A DNA stretch of 64,000 bases from Thermoplasmata archaeon (GCA_027314165.1 DAHVCH010000002.1:103716-167715), one strand, 5' to 3'. Positions 10,272-18,985 are shown, counted from the first letter of the stretch. Notes: generated by a model from the sequence alone, not told the origin. Program-made: numbers and translations.

Positions 10272-11061
10272 GCGGGGTCTCGTCCTCGACACGGATCCCA
10301 TCGGCCCCGATCGTCAGGGTGTGCTCTTCCGTGTCGTGCGGGGTCCCACGCATCCGCAGGATCTGGATAGTCCGCTTCATCATCGGACCGGACCACTCCT
10401 TTCGGAGCAGCACCTCTCCACGGCAGATGACCTGCTCGGGGGTCAGCTCGTGCGACGGGGGAGGGAGCGCGGTGATGAGCGTCGTCACCTCCTTCTCGGC
10501 CAGGAAGCGGAGCAAGGACTGGATCTCCGTCCGGTCCGTCTGCTGCTCCCCCGTGGCCCTCAGCGCAAAGTGGCGGACGGAGGTCATGGAGTCGATCACG
10601 AGACGGCGTACCGGAAGGGTCTCGAGCTGGCGCCGAAGCCGGAGGTAGATCGACTGCATGGTGATGTCCTCCGTCTGCGCGGTGGCGCGGCGCTGGTCCC
10701 CGAGCTCCTGCATCGAGCGGATCTCCTGCAGGCTCTTGATCTCCTGGACGCTCCCCAGCCGGCGGTAGGCGAGCTGGCCCGGGTTCGCGTCCAGGGTGTG
10801 GATCTTCGAGAGGTCCCACCCGAACGCCCGGACGTTCTCCATGATCTCGTGCGGAGGTTCGTCCACGGCCACGAGCAGCACGGGCTCGCCGTGCCGGATG
10901 CCCTCCATCAGGAACTGAAGGCCCATGAGCGTCCGACCGCTCCCGTTGGGGCCCGTGATGAGGTAGGGTCGGCCCGGGGGGTATCCTCCCTTGAGCATCC
11001 GATCGAGCCCGGGGATGCCCGTCGTGGCCCGACCATCCTGCCGTCCACGTCCTACGACCAT
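10255..11061 (-). CDS. KaiC/RecA-like ATPase domain protein with a non-canonical Walker A
   Basis: GIPGLDRMLKGGYPPGRPYLITGPNGSGRTLMGLQF and Walker B RRLVIDSMTS. The Walker A lysine is replaced by arginine (GSGRT). ATG at 11061. Confidence 0.85.
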   Translation of the reverse strand: MVVGRGRQDGRATTGIPGLDRMLKGGYPPGRPYLITGPNGSGRTLMGLQFLMEGIRHGEPVLLVAVDEPPHEIMENVRAFGWDLSKIHTLDANPGQLAYRRLGSVQEIKSLQEIRSMQELGDQRRATAQTEDITMQSIYLRLRRQLETLPVRRLVIDSMTSVRHFALRATGEQQTDRTEIQSLLRFLAEKEVTTLITALPPPSHELTPEQVICRGEVLLRKEWSGPMMKRTIQILRMRGTPHDTEEHTLTIGADGIRVEDETPLNAGE

Positions 11062-11085
11062 GTTCGATCTCCTTCCTCCCCCGCG

Positions 11086-14000
11086 CTAGTTCCCATCGCC
11101 TTCGCCCGCGGGAGAGGAGCTCTCCTCCGCGCCCGGTTCCGCGGGGTCCTCCGGGGCCTCTCCATCGTCCGCGGGGGGAGCGGGGGATTCCTCTCCCGTC
11201 GTCGGTTCGCCGGAGGATGAGGGCTCCGTCGCCGAGTCTGCGGGTGAGGACTTCGCAGAAGAGGGATCGTCGCCCGCCGTCCCCTCAGCGGCCTGTCCCT
11301 TTCTCCGTCGGCGACCTCCACCGGAGGCTCCCGCGCCCTTCTTCCGCCGTCCGCCGCGCTTCTTGGGAGCCTCCTCTTCCGCCGGGGCCCCCGCTTCGGC
11401 GGAGGAGGAGGAAGGAGAGGTGTCGAGGGGGGGTTCGCTCCCGGCCTCAGGGGCTGAAGGAGTCACCGATGCCGCGGCGGTCCCCTCCGGGGTCTGGGGG
11501 GACACCGCATCCGGCTTCGGCGTCGGAGCGGGGGCTGGCTCCGCTCGGCTCCCCTCGCTAGGGGACGGTGGCCTCGCAGGCTCGGGGGTCGACGGGGGAC
11601 CGGGCTGGGTCCGCTCAGCCCGTGCTTCCTCCGCGGGACGGGAGATCGGCCGCTCCGAGCTTGCGGCAGGGGCCACAGGCGCGGGTGGAGTGGTGTCAGC
11701 GGGCTCCGGCCCGCTCGAGGACGCGGGCGCGGAGGGCGGCGTGGGACTCTTCTCCGGGGGCGTCGCGGTGGGTGCCACGGGCGGTGGAAGGACATCGGGG
11801 GTCGCTGGGGGCCTGGCGGGTGCCTCAGAGGCTTCAGTGGATGGTGGCGCAGGAGGCGCGGGCGCCGGGTGCTCGGCCGCCTCCACCTGCGCGGGGGACG
11901 GGTGCGGCGCAGCGGTGGAAGGCGTAGCGACCGGGGCGCCTTGTGGACGCGTCGCCTCGCGGATGCCGGCGTAGGGCGCGGGGCGAGGGGGCGCTCCCGG
12001 AGGGGGTGATCCGATCCGGCCCTGCCCCACCGGCGCACCGATGCGGTTCGGGGCCGTCGGCGCGCTTGGCCCGAGATTTACGGGGGGCGATCCGGACGGG
12101 GGCATCCTCGACACGGACGGGGCTGTCCAGGAGCCCGGAAGCGCCCGGCCGCCCGTGGGGGTCGACGCGGAATACTCGGCGCCGGAGGGGCGCGGCGTGA
12201 GCGTTGCGCCCTGCGACGGCGGGGGCGCTGCTGGAGGGGGAGATGGGCCGGGACCTGGAGCTGGGTTGGAAGGAGGCGCTGCGGCCGGCGTCGGGCCCTT
12301 GGGGGTCGGAGCCAGGGTCGCAGAGGTGGTCCCTGCCGAGGAGGCGGCCGCTGCGCTCGTGGGCGCGGTGGACTGGGCCGTAGGGGAGGGCGCGGGGGAG
12401 GATGGTTGAGCCCTCGGGGTGGCCGACGTGGTAGGAGGGGTCGGAACCTTGGGCACTGGCGGCAACGGCGTCCACGAGGACGGCCTGGCCGGGGGCGCCG
12501 CGGGGGCTTGCCCCGAGGCGGGCGGCCTCGCAATCGGAACCCCTGACGTCTGGCCCAGAACGGGCGGTGGTGTCCCCGTTCTCGGAGGAGGGGACGCGGC
12601 GGTTGGCGATCCCGTCGGCGGGGAGCCCGGTCGCTGAGGCAGGGCGGCGGGCCCGACATTGGTCCGAGGGGGGTTCGGTGAGGTTGACGGTGGGGTCGAG
12701 TACCCGCCCGAGGGAGGGGGCAGATTGCCGCCCGGCCGGGTAGGAGGGGCCGTCGGGGGAGGGTGTGGTGCGGGGACCGCCCCTCCTCCCGGGGAGGCGG
12801 GCGCGAGAGCTGGTCCGGGAGCGGTCCGAGGAGGAGCGGTGGGCGAGCTCGGAGGTATCACCGGGGGGGGAAGGGGTCTCAGCACCGTCGGAGCGGCAGG
12901 AGGCCGCGGGGGCGGTGTCGCGGTCGGTGGAGGGGGAGGCGGCCGGGAAACGGCCACATTCCCCGGGGGCGGAGCCGGATTGGGGGGTGATGTTGGAGAC
13001 GGTCTCGAGGTCGACTCCGAAGAGATGGGCGCCGCAGTGACCGGCGCGCGGGGCCCCTCGGGAGCCGGAGCCGCGGGTGCCGGTGGGTGGAAGACTGGTG
13101 CGAGAGGAGGTTCGGATGAACGCTGCGCGACGGGAGCCGTGGCCGCGGTCGGCGCGGAGGGAGCGGTCCCCGGAGAGGAGGGCCCGACGTCGCCCGAAGG
13201 AGCTCCCCCAGCTCGCTCGCTCTCCGAGGTCGCTGCGGCTCCGGGAGCGCCAGCCATCGCTTGGATTCCCGGAAGATCAGCCGCGCCCGCAACGGCCGCC
13301 GCCCGTTGGAGCAGCGCGGCAGGGAGGTTCGCCGTGATCGAGGCGCTCTCCTTCTTGCCAAGCACGCCGACGAGCCGAGAGAGCAGCGGGAGGAGCGAGG
13401 CCGCGGACTCCCGCGTGGGCTGGGAGAGCTGCGGAGCTTGTGCCGTCGGCCGAGGCGCGGGGCTCGGCGGGGTGCTGGCGACCGCGGGCGCTGCTGCGGT
13501 GGCGGAGGCGATGGAGCCCACCGGCGCCCGTCCCAGCTGGCTCTCGACGTCGCGCTTCAAGGCGAGAGATGGCCAGCTCGGCGCCCCTCCCTTCGCCGCG
13601 AACTCCTGCGACACCTGGTAGCCCAGCACCAGGTGGTTCACCATCTGCCGGGCCTCGAGCAGCAGCCGCAGCGACTCGCGGGTCTGCATCCGGGACAGCG
13701 CCGCGTGCGCCTGCTGGACCAGCTCACGCACCATGTCCACGTCGACCCCGACGTCCAGGAGGTCCTGGACATCCTCCTGGATGGTCAGGATGGCGCGTCG
13801 GGCCTCGATCATGAGCTCCGTCTCGGAGGGCTGCTCGACCTCCTCGGGCTCCTCGGAGGGGACCGGGACGACGGTGTGGGTGTCCCGAGAAATGGCGACG
13901 GACGTGTCGACGTCCATCCCGTGGGCGGAAAGCCGGAAGGGGTGGAGCCGCGGGTCGTGGGGGCTCCCCCGGATCTTCTCGATCCCCACGGCCCGGACGA

Positions 14001-14673
14001 CGCGCCCGGAGATGTCCCACCGGAAGAGGTGCACCTCCCCCCGGGCCAGCAGCCGTTCCGCGGTGGGCCGGTCGGAGTCCGCGGTCTCCACCGTGAGCAG
14101 CGAGGTGATCTTGAGGTCGGAGAGGAACCGGAGGAACGCTTGCGCGCCCTGGGCCTCGTCGAACCCTTTCATGCAGAAGTACTGGAGCGCCGTCATGGAA
14201 TCGATGACGATCCGGCTGTAGAGCCGGCGGACCGTCTCCATCTTGAGCGTCTGCATGAGGGCGCTGAAGGTGATCTCGACGCTCGTGAACTCGCCCGTCT
14301 TGCGGATCTCCTTCGGCACGTCGCCCAGGCGCATCGCCGAGCGGACCGCCGCGATGTCCTTGAACGGGGTCTTCTCGTAGCGCATGATGTCGGGGATGGC
14401 GTCGAAGATCCACACCTTGTCCAGCCCGTCCCCGAGCCCCGCGAAGTCCTGCCGAAGCTCGTTCGGGGGCTCCTCGAGCGTGACGTACAGCACGTCCTCG
14501 CCCTGCCGGACCCCCCGGAGCAGGAACTCCAGGGCCATCGTCGTCTTCCCCGCCCCCGGCGGGCCGACGATGAGGTAGGGCCGCCCGGGGAGGAGCCCCC
14601 CGTGCAGCATACGGTCGAGCCCGTCCACTCCCGTCGGTATCTTGATGTGGGGTCCGAGGAAAGCCCGCTGCAT
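11086..14673 (-). CDS. KaiC/RecA-like ATPase with a very long Pro/Ala/Ser/Thr-rich low-complexity C-terminal region
   Basis: The N-terminus GVDGLDRMLHGGLLPGRPYLIVGPPGAGKTTMALEF with Walker B RIVIDSMTAL forms a KaiC-like domain, followed by a helical segment. Roughly 800 aa of P/A/S/T-rich sequence then end in a basic patch (KKRGGRRKKG...GGGRRRRKG) and an acidic tail. Internal ATG at 14673 preferred over the ORF-track start at 14763. Confidence 0.8.
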   Translation of the reverse strand: MQRAFLGPHIKIPTGVDGLDRMLHGGLLPGRPYLIVGPPGAGKTTMALEFLLRGVRQGEDVLYVTLEEPPNELRQDFAGLGDGLDKVWIFDAIPDIMRYEKTPFKDIAAVRSAMRLGDVPKEIRKTGEFTSVEITFSALMQTLKMETVRRLYSRIVIDSMTALQYFCMKGFDEAQGAQAFLRFLSDLKITSLLTVETADSDRPTAERLLARGEVHLFRWDISGRVVRAVGIEKIRGSPHDPRLHPFRLSAHGMDVDTSVAISRDTHTVVPVPSEEPEEVEQPSETELMIEARRAILTIQEDVQDLLDVGVDVDMVRELVQQAHAALSRMQTRESLRLLLEARQMVNHLVLGYQVSQEFAAKGGAPSWPSLALKRDVESQLGRAPVGSIASATAAAPAVASTPPSPAPRPTAQAPQLSQPTRESAASLLPLLSRLVGVLGKKESASITANLPAALLQRAAAVAGAADLPGIQAMAGAPGAAATSESERAGGAPSGDVGPSSPGTAPSAPTAATAPVAQRSSEPPLAPVFHPPAPAAPAPEGPRAPVTAAPISSESTSRPSPTSPPNPAPPPGNVAVSRPPPPPPTATPPPRPPAAPTVLRPLPPPVIPPSSPTAPPRTAPGPALAPASPGGGAVPAPHPPPTAPPTRPGGNLPPPSGGYSTPPSTSPNPPRTNVGPAALPQRPGSPPTGSPTAASPPPRTGTPPPVLGQTSGVPIARPPASGQAPAAPPARPSSWTPLPPVPKVPTPPTTSATPRAQPSSPAPSPTAQSTAPTSAAAASSAGTTSATLAPTPKGPTPAAAPPSNPAPGPGPSPPPAAPPPSQGATLTPRPSGAEYSASTPTGGRALPGSWTAPSVSRMPPSGSPPVNLGPSAPTAPNRIGAPVGQGRIGSPPPGAPPRPAPYAGIREATRPQGAPVATPSTAAPHPSPAQVEAAEHPAPAPPAPPSTEASEAPARPPATPDVLPPPVAPTATPPEKSPTPPSAPASSSGPEPADTTPPAPVAPAASSERPISRPAEEARAERTQPGPPSTPEPARPPSPSEGSRAEPAPAPTPKPDAVSPQTPEGTAAASVTPSAPEAGSEPPLDTSPSSSSAEAGAPAEEEAPKKRGGRRKKGAGASGGGRRRRKGQAAEGTAGDDPSSAKSSPADSATEPSSSGEPTTGEESPAPPADDGEAPEDPAEPGAEESSSPAGEGDGN

Positions 14674-14908
14674 CCGACTCCGACCCTGCTCCGCTACGGG
14701 TGACCCCTGTCGGTCCAATGGGTCGGGCAGAACGCCACACCACTGGCCCGCACGCTCGCCCACCGTAGGCAGGCACAGTAGGGCTTGTAAGCCTACCGCC
14801 TAGCTTCTCTCGATAAGGACCACGGTGGCCTCGACCGCGGGGCCCCCGGAACCGGGTTCGTCCTCAGGCATATCTAGCAGGTGCCGCTCGGCCCCTCTCG
14901 TGGCAGAA

Positions 14909-15946
14909 ATGAACGCGCCTTCCGTGCCTGGCGAGAAGCGGATGTGGGAGCTCGCCGCGGGCTTTCCCCGCCAGCTCGAGGACGGGCTGAAGAGCGTCCC
15001 GCGGCACGACCTTCCCGTCCGTAGCGGGGTCCCCGTCGCGGTCTGCGGAATGGGCGGGAGCGGCATCGCCGGCGAGCTCCTCTCCGGCCTTGCGGGCAGG
15101 AGCGGGGAGTGTCCGATCATCCCGGTCCGGGACTTCGCCCTCCCCGCCTGGGTCCGGCCTCCCGTCCCCGCGGTCTTCCTCTCCTACTCCGGCGGCACCG
15201 CCGAGACCCTCTCGGCCTACGACGAGGCCGGGAGACGCGGGGTCACCCGGGCCGTCGTCGCCTCAGGGGGGCCCTTGATGGAGCGGGCCCGAGCAGACCG
15301 GGTCCTCCATGTGCAGGTCCCTCCGGGTCTACCTCCCAGGGCGAGCCTGGGCTACCTGATGGGCGCCCTGGTCGGCCTCCTCCGCGAGGCCATCCCCGGC
15401 ACCGACCGGGAGCTCCCCCGGGTCGCCGAGTCGCTCAGGGCTCGCACCGACGAGTTCACGGGGGATGGAGGACGGGCCTCCGTCCTCGCCGACGCCTGGG
15501 GCGGGAAGCGCGACCTCTGGGTCTACGCGCCCGAGCCTTTGGTCGCGGTGGCGCGACGCTGGAAGACGCAGGCGGAGGAGAACGCCAAGCGGCTGGGGCA
15601 CTTCGACTCGGTGCCCGAGCTCCTGCACAACGCGATCGTGGCCTGGGACGTGCTCGGGAAGGCGGAGGCCGAAGGGCGCTTCGTCGCGATCCTCCGGGGT
15701 CGGAGCGAGGGCGAGGCGATGCACCGTCGGATCGATTACCTCAGCGAGGCGCTTCGCGCGCAGGGCGCCCGCGTGGAGATCGTGTCCCCCGAGGTGCGCG
15801 GGGCCCTCGGCGAGCTCCTCGAGCTGGTCTGGCTCGGCGACTACGTGTCGCTGTGGTCCGCGAGGCGCCGGGGCGTCGACCCGTTGCCCGTACGGGGGAT
15901 CGACCGGATGAAGCAGTCGATGCCGACCGCCGCGCCGTCTGCCTGA
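14909..15946 (+). CDS. bifunctional phosphoglucose/phosphomannose isomerase (archaeal PGI/PMI, SIS domain)
   Basis: CGMGGSGIAGELL, FLSYSGGTAET, PPRASLGY and the C-terminal ELLHNAIV region. ATG at 14909 places the GMGGSG motif about 46 aa from the start, as in characterised homologues. Confidence 0.85.
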   Translation: MNAPSVPGEKRMWELAAGFPRQLEDGLKSVPRHDLPVRSGVPVAVCGMGGSGIAGELLSGLAGRSGECPIIPVRDFALPAWVRPPVPAVFLSYSGGTAETLSAYDEAGRRGVTRAVVASGGPLMERARADRVLHVQVPPGLPPRASLGYLMGALVGLLREAIPGTDRELPRVAESLRARTDEFTGDGGRASVLADAWGGKRDLWVYAPEPLVAVARRWKTQAEENAKRLGHFDSVPELLHNAIVAWDVLGKAEAEGRFVAILRGRSEGEAMHRRIDYLSEALRAQGARVEIVSPEVRGALGELLELVWLGDYVSLWSARRRGVDPLPVRGIDRMKQSMPTAAPSA

Positions 15947-16544
15947 TCCTCCCCCTCCTCCGCCTCCTCCCTCCGCGGCTTCGCCCCGGCCGCGTGACCG
16001 GTCGCGCCGGGGACTCTCGGGCGAGTTCGTCGTACCGCTCCCGCACCGCTCCGAGGAACTCCGAACGGACCTGCTCGAGCGAGAGGCCGGTCGTGGAGAT
16101 CACCTTCTCCCCGCGCATCGGTCGGGTGCCCCAGTTGCGGTGCAGCTCGCGGACCCGCTCCGGCGGGAGGTCCGTCTTTCTCCGGACAGCTTCCTCGGTC
16201 CCCACCTCGAGCCGGACCTTCAAGACGTGGCGGTCCGCGGCATGGGGCCCAGCCCGCCGGAGGACCTCCTCGACTTGCGCGGGATCTCGCAGGCCCGCGT
16301 CCAGCAGGACGTGATCGGAGACGGAGAGGACTCGGGCCAACGCGCGACCCACTGCGACGAGGACCCAGGCGAACTCCTCCTTTTCGGAGAGGCCGGGCTC
16401 ATCCACGTCGGCCTGAACGTCGTCGGTGGAAAGCACCGCGAAGCCCCACGGCGCCCGACCCTCCACGGACCGGGCCAAGGCGGTCTTGCCCGCGCCGGAG
16501 GGCCCTCGGAGGACCACCAAGAACGCTGGAGGGTCGGGCCGCAC
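15741..16544 (-). CDS. P-loop NTPase / AAA_33-like kinase with an Arg-rich C-terminal extension
   Basis: Walker A LRGPSGAGKT and a compact kinase-like body of about 175 aa. The frame then stays open for about 90 more Arg-rich residues, running 206 nt antisense into the PGI/PMI gene. GTG start at 16544. Confidence 0.6.
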   Translation of the reverse strand: MRPDPPAFLVVLRGPSGAGKTALARSVEGRAPWGFAVLSTDDVQADVDEPGLSEKEEFAWVLVAVGRALARVLSVSDHVLLDAGLRDPAQVEEVLRRAGPHAADRHVLKVRLEVGTEEAVRRKTDLPPERVRELHRNWGTRPMRGEKVISTTGLSLEQVRSEFLGAVRERYDELARESPARPVTRPGRSRGGRRRRRGRIRQTARRSASTASSGRSPVRATGRRPGASRTTATRSRRARPARGARRGPRAPRGTRSPRGRPAREAPR

Positions 16545-16596
16545 GGCGGGGCCGAAAGGCCTTATGGGAAAGAACCTCGCCTTCGGGGCAGGAGAA

Positions 16597-16679
16597 GCTG
16601 AGGTAGCCTAGCCCGGCAAGGCGCCGGTCTCGAAAACCGGTGGGTCTCACCCTCGGGAGTTCAAATCTCCCCCTCAGCG
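16597..16679 (+). tRNA. tRNA-Ser (anticodon CGA)
   Basis: Acceptor GCTGAGG/CCTCAGC, 3-bp D stem GCC/GGC, anticodon stem CCGGT/ACCGG with loop CTCGAAA. Long variable arm GGGT-CTC-ACCC, T arm GGGAG-TTCAAAT-CTCCC, discriminator G. 83 nt. Confidence 0.9.
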
Positions 16680-16693
16680 CTCGGCAACCGCCG

Positions 16694-16707
16694 CCCCCCC
16701 CCCCCCC
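16694..16707. repeat. C14 homopolymer tract
   Basis: 14 consecutive C residues counted directly, 15 nt downstream of tRNA-Ser and 126 nt upstream of the next gene. Confidence 0.95.
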
Positions 16708-16832
16708 GCCCACACGCCCGGCCTCCCTGACGCCGGTCCGCCTCGTCCGAGCCGGTCCCCCCTGCCACCCCACGCCGCCCCGACCAGTCCCCGACCTCCT
16801 GACGCACGGACGAGACCGCACGGAACGAACGC

Positions 16833-17060
16833 ATGGGCGAGGAACTCACGATCCGGGTCGTCTTCTCCTCGGGAAGGCCAGGCCGAGAGCCCGAGACCCT
16901 CCGCGTCCCGGAGGGCACGTCGCTGCGCGAGGTCCTCCGGAAGCTCGCTCTCCCTGTGGAGGGGTGCGCGCTCTTCTGGGGGGGCGAGTCGGTCCCTTCC
17001 GACCTCCGTCTCGACCGGTCGGGCGAGCTCGAAGTGGTCAGCACGTTCTCCGGTGGCTGA
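16833..17060 (+). CDS. ubiquitin-like beta-grasp protein (MoaD/ThiS/SAMP family) with C-terminal Gly-Gly
   Basis: 75 aa ending in ...VVSTFSGG-stop. The size and V.F....G.....L.VPEGTSLREVL pattern are typical of MoaD/ThiS/SAMP proteins. Confidence 0.65.
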   Translation: MGEELTIRVVFSSGRPGREPETLRVPEGTSLREVLRKLALPVEGCALFWGGESVPSDLRLDRSGELEVVSTFSGG

Positions 17061-17159
17061 GCGCGCTGGCGGGGAGGGACGCTTCCGCGTTCAGAGCGCT
17101 CCTCGCATGCCCAAGTACTCCTGTGGTCCTACCTAGGAAGAACTCAAGGGGCGGTCGGG

Positions 17160-18839
17160 GTGCCTAGTACGAGCGTGGAGGGGAGAGGCATCGTAGAGAT
17201 CTGCCCGATCTGCGACAGTGAGATTGACTCGGGACAGGCCAAGTGCGCCTCCTGCGGCTTCCCCACGGCTCTCCTGCCGGAGGCTCGAAAGGCCATCCAG
17301 GAGGAGGCTCCCGCGGGCGGGCCCCAGGGTCCGGCACCGACGGGCCCCGAGGGAACGGTCGATCCTCTCAACGCCGGGACCTCGCGAGGCGGTCGCGAGG
17401 AGGTTCGGGAGCCCGCCGCGGTGGTGCTCCCTCTGGGGCCAAGCGGGCCCACCGCCCCTCCCATCTCTGCGGCCGGGCTCGACATGGAGAAGACCGCGGT
17501 CGCGCTGCAGTCCTCGCTCCGGGTGGCCCAGCTTCTCGGCATGGAGACGACCGACGTGGCCTCCGCGCTCACGAACGCGGCGATGGCCGCCGCCCGCGGG
17601 GCCATGGGCGAGAGCCTGAAGGTCCTCCAGGGCGCCTACGACAAGATGGAACCGGAGATCACCGCCCGCTTCGAGGCGCTCTCGACGCAGCTCGAGGAGC
17701 AGGAGGGACGCCTGCGCGAGGAGGGCATCGCCGCGGACGTCGCGCGGGAGGTCTCCCGCTCCCGGAAGGTCTTCGAGGAGGGCGCGAGGATCGAAGGGGT
17801 CGACCTGCTGCTGCGATCCCAGCGGTCGCTGAACGAGCTGGAGTCCGCCTGGAAGCAGGTGAAGGAGACGCTGCTCCGTGTCGACAGCCTGCGGGAGACG
17901 GGCCAGAAGCTCGGCATGGACCTCTCGAAGGCCGACGAGCGTCTGGGCCAGGTCCGGGAGACCTTGGCCGAGTCGAACCTCTCGGCCGCCACGCTCCAGG
18001 AGGCGGGGACCCAGGCCTCCGCCGCGTTGGTGCTCCTGCACGAACAGGTCCGCAACCAGGTCGCGCTGCTCGGTCAGCAGGCGATCCGGAGCCTGAAGGC
18101 CCATCCCCCGCCCTCCGGACAGCGGGAGAAGGCGGAGTCGCGCCTCAAGGCGATCCTGGGCCATGCCCGGGCCGGCCGCCTGAAGGAGGCCAGCGAAGAG
18201 ATGATCCAGTTCCGCTCGCTCTTCCTCACGCCGGAGGCGGCGGCCGCACGCCCAGCCCCTCCCCCCGCGGAGGCGAGGGTGCCTCCCGAGCCCGCCGCGG
18301 CGGTCGCGCCTGCGGCCGAGTTCGTCAAGGCCGACGAAACGGCCACGTCCGCTGGGAGCGTTCCGCCCGCCCCGGTCCCGGTTCCCGAAGCCCCCTCCGA
18401 ACCCGCTCCCGCCGAACCTTCTCCACCCTCCGCGCCGGAGCCCGCGACGCGGGATGCGCCGCCTGCCGAGACCGCGCCCGTGCAGGAGACCGCGCCACCC
18501 GCGGAGGAACCCCAGTCCGCTCCGACCCCCCCCGCGCCCGCTCGGGGCTCGAGACGCCGTTCCGTCCCCGCGGAAGCCCCCAAGCCCGCCCCGGAGGCCG
18601 CGCCAGAGGAGGCGACGTCCACCGGTGGCCCCTCCACCCCCGCGCCCCGGAACCTCACGGAGATCATCACCGAGGCCCGCGACCTGGGGCTGAAGGTCCG
18701 CGATCGCCAGAAGAAGCGGAAGCCCATCGGCAACGCGGCCACGCTGCTCAAGGAGATCACGGTCCTCGTCAAGACCGGAAAGGCCGCCGAAGCCGAGCTG
18801 AAGCTCAAGGAGATCCGCGCGGAGCTTGGCGAGGACTAG
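17160..18839 (+). CDS. zinc-ribbon / coiled-coil protein with a Pro/Ala/Glu-rich linker, hypothetical
   Basis: N-terminal CPICDS...CASCG zinc ribbon, about 300 aa of heptad-like E/L/R/Q-rich sequence, a PAPE-rich segment, then a Lys-rich helical C-terminus. Overlapping frames are Arg/Gly junk. GTG start. Confidence 0.6.
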   Translation: MPSTSVEGRGIVEICPICDSEIDSGQAKCASCGFPTALLPEARKAIQEEAPAGGPQGPAPTGPEGTVDPLNAGTSRGGREEVREPAAVVLPLGPSGPTAPPISAAGLDMEKTAVALQSSLRVAQLLGMETTDVASALTNAAMAAARGAMGESLKVLQGAYDKMEPEITARFEALSTQLEEQEGRLREEGIAADVAREVSRSRKVFEEGARIEGVDLLLRSQRSLNELESAWKQVKETLLRVDSLRETGQKLGMDLSKADERLGQVRETLAESNLSAATLQEAGTQASAALVLLHEQVRNQVALLGQQAIRSLKAHPPPSGQREKAESRLKAILGHARAGRLKEASEEMIQFRSLFLTPEAAAARPAPPPAEARVPPEPAAAVAPAAEFVKADETATSAGSVPPAPVPVPEAPSEPAPAEPSPPSAPEPATRDAPPAETAPVQETAPPAEEPQSAPTPPAPARGSRRRSVPAEAPKPAPEAAPEEATSTGGPSTPAPRNLTEIITEARDLGLKVRDRQKKRKPIGNAATLLKEITVLVKTGKAAEAELKLKEIRAELGED

Positions 18840-18953
18840 GCTCCGAGGGAAGGACCTATCTCAAACATAGGGGCGGGAAGCGGGTGACACCCCGCCCTCC
18901 CCCCTCTTCACCTCGACCGGAACCCTGGATGGTCCGGTCCGGGTCGCATAAGC

Positions 18954-18959
18954 TTTATA
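18954..18959 (+). promoter_or_regulatory. TATA box (TTTATA) for the gar1-tfb unit
   Basis: AAGCTTTATAG in an AT-richer patch. It is centred about 29 nt upstream of the first possible gar1 start (TTG 18986), consistent with a leaderless or near-leaderless transcript. Confidence 0.45.
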
Positions 18960-18985
18960 GACCGTACATAGGTTGCTATTAACCC

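Noticed and set aside
11217-14703. Many plus-strand and alternative-frame ORFs (for example 12659..13621, 13261..14703, 13724..14776) and possible repeat or CRISPR-like periodicity in the 11.1-13.6 kb region
   Set aside because: The region encodes the P/A/S/T-rich tail of the KaiC-like protein. I saw compositional bias but no regularly spaced identical repeats or unique spacers, so this is neither a CRISPR array nor a tandem repeat. The other frames are G/R-rich mirrors of the Pro-rich frame.
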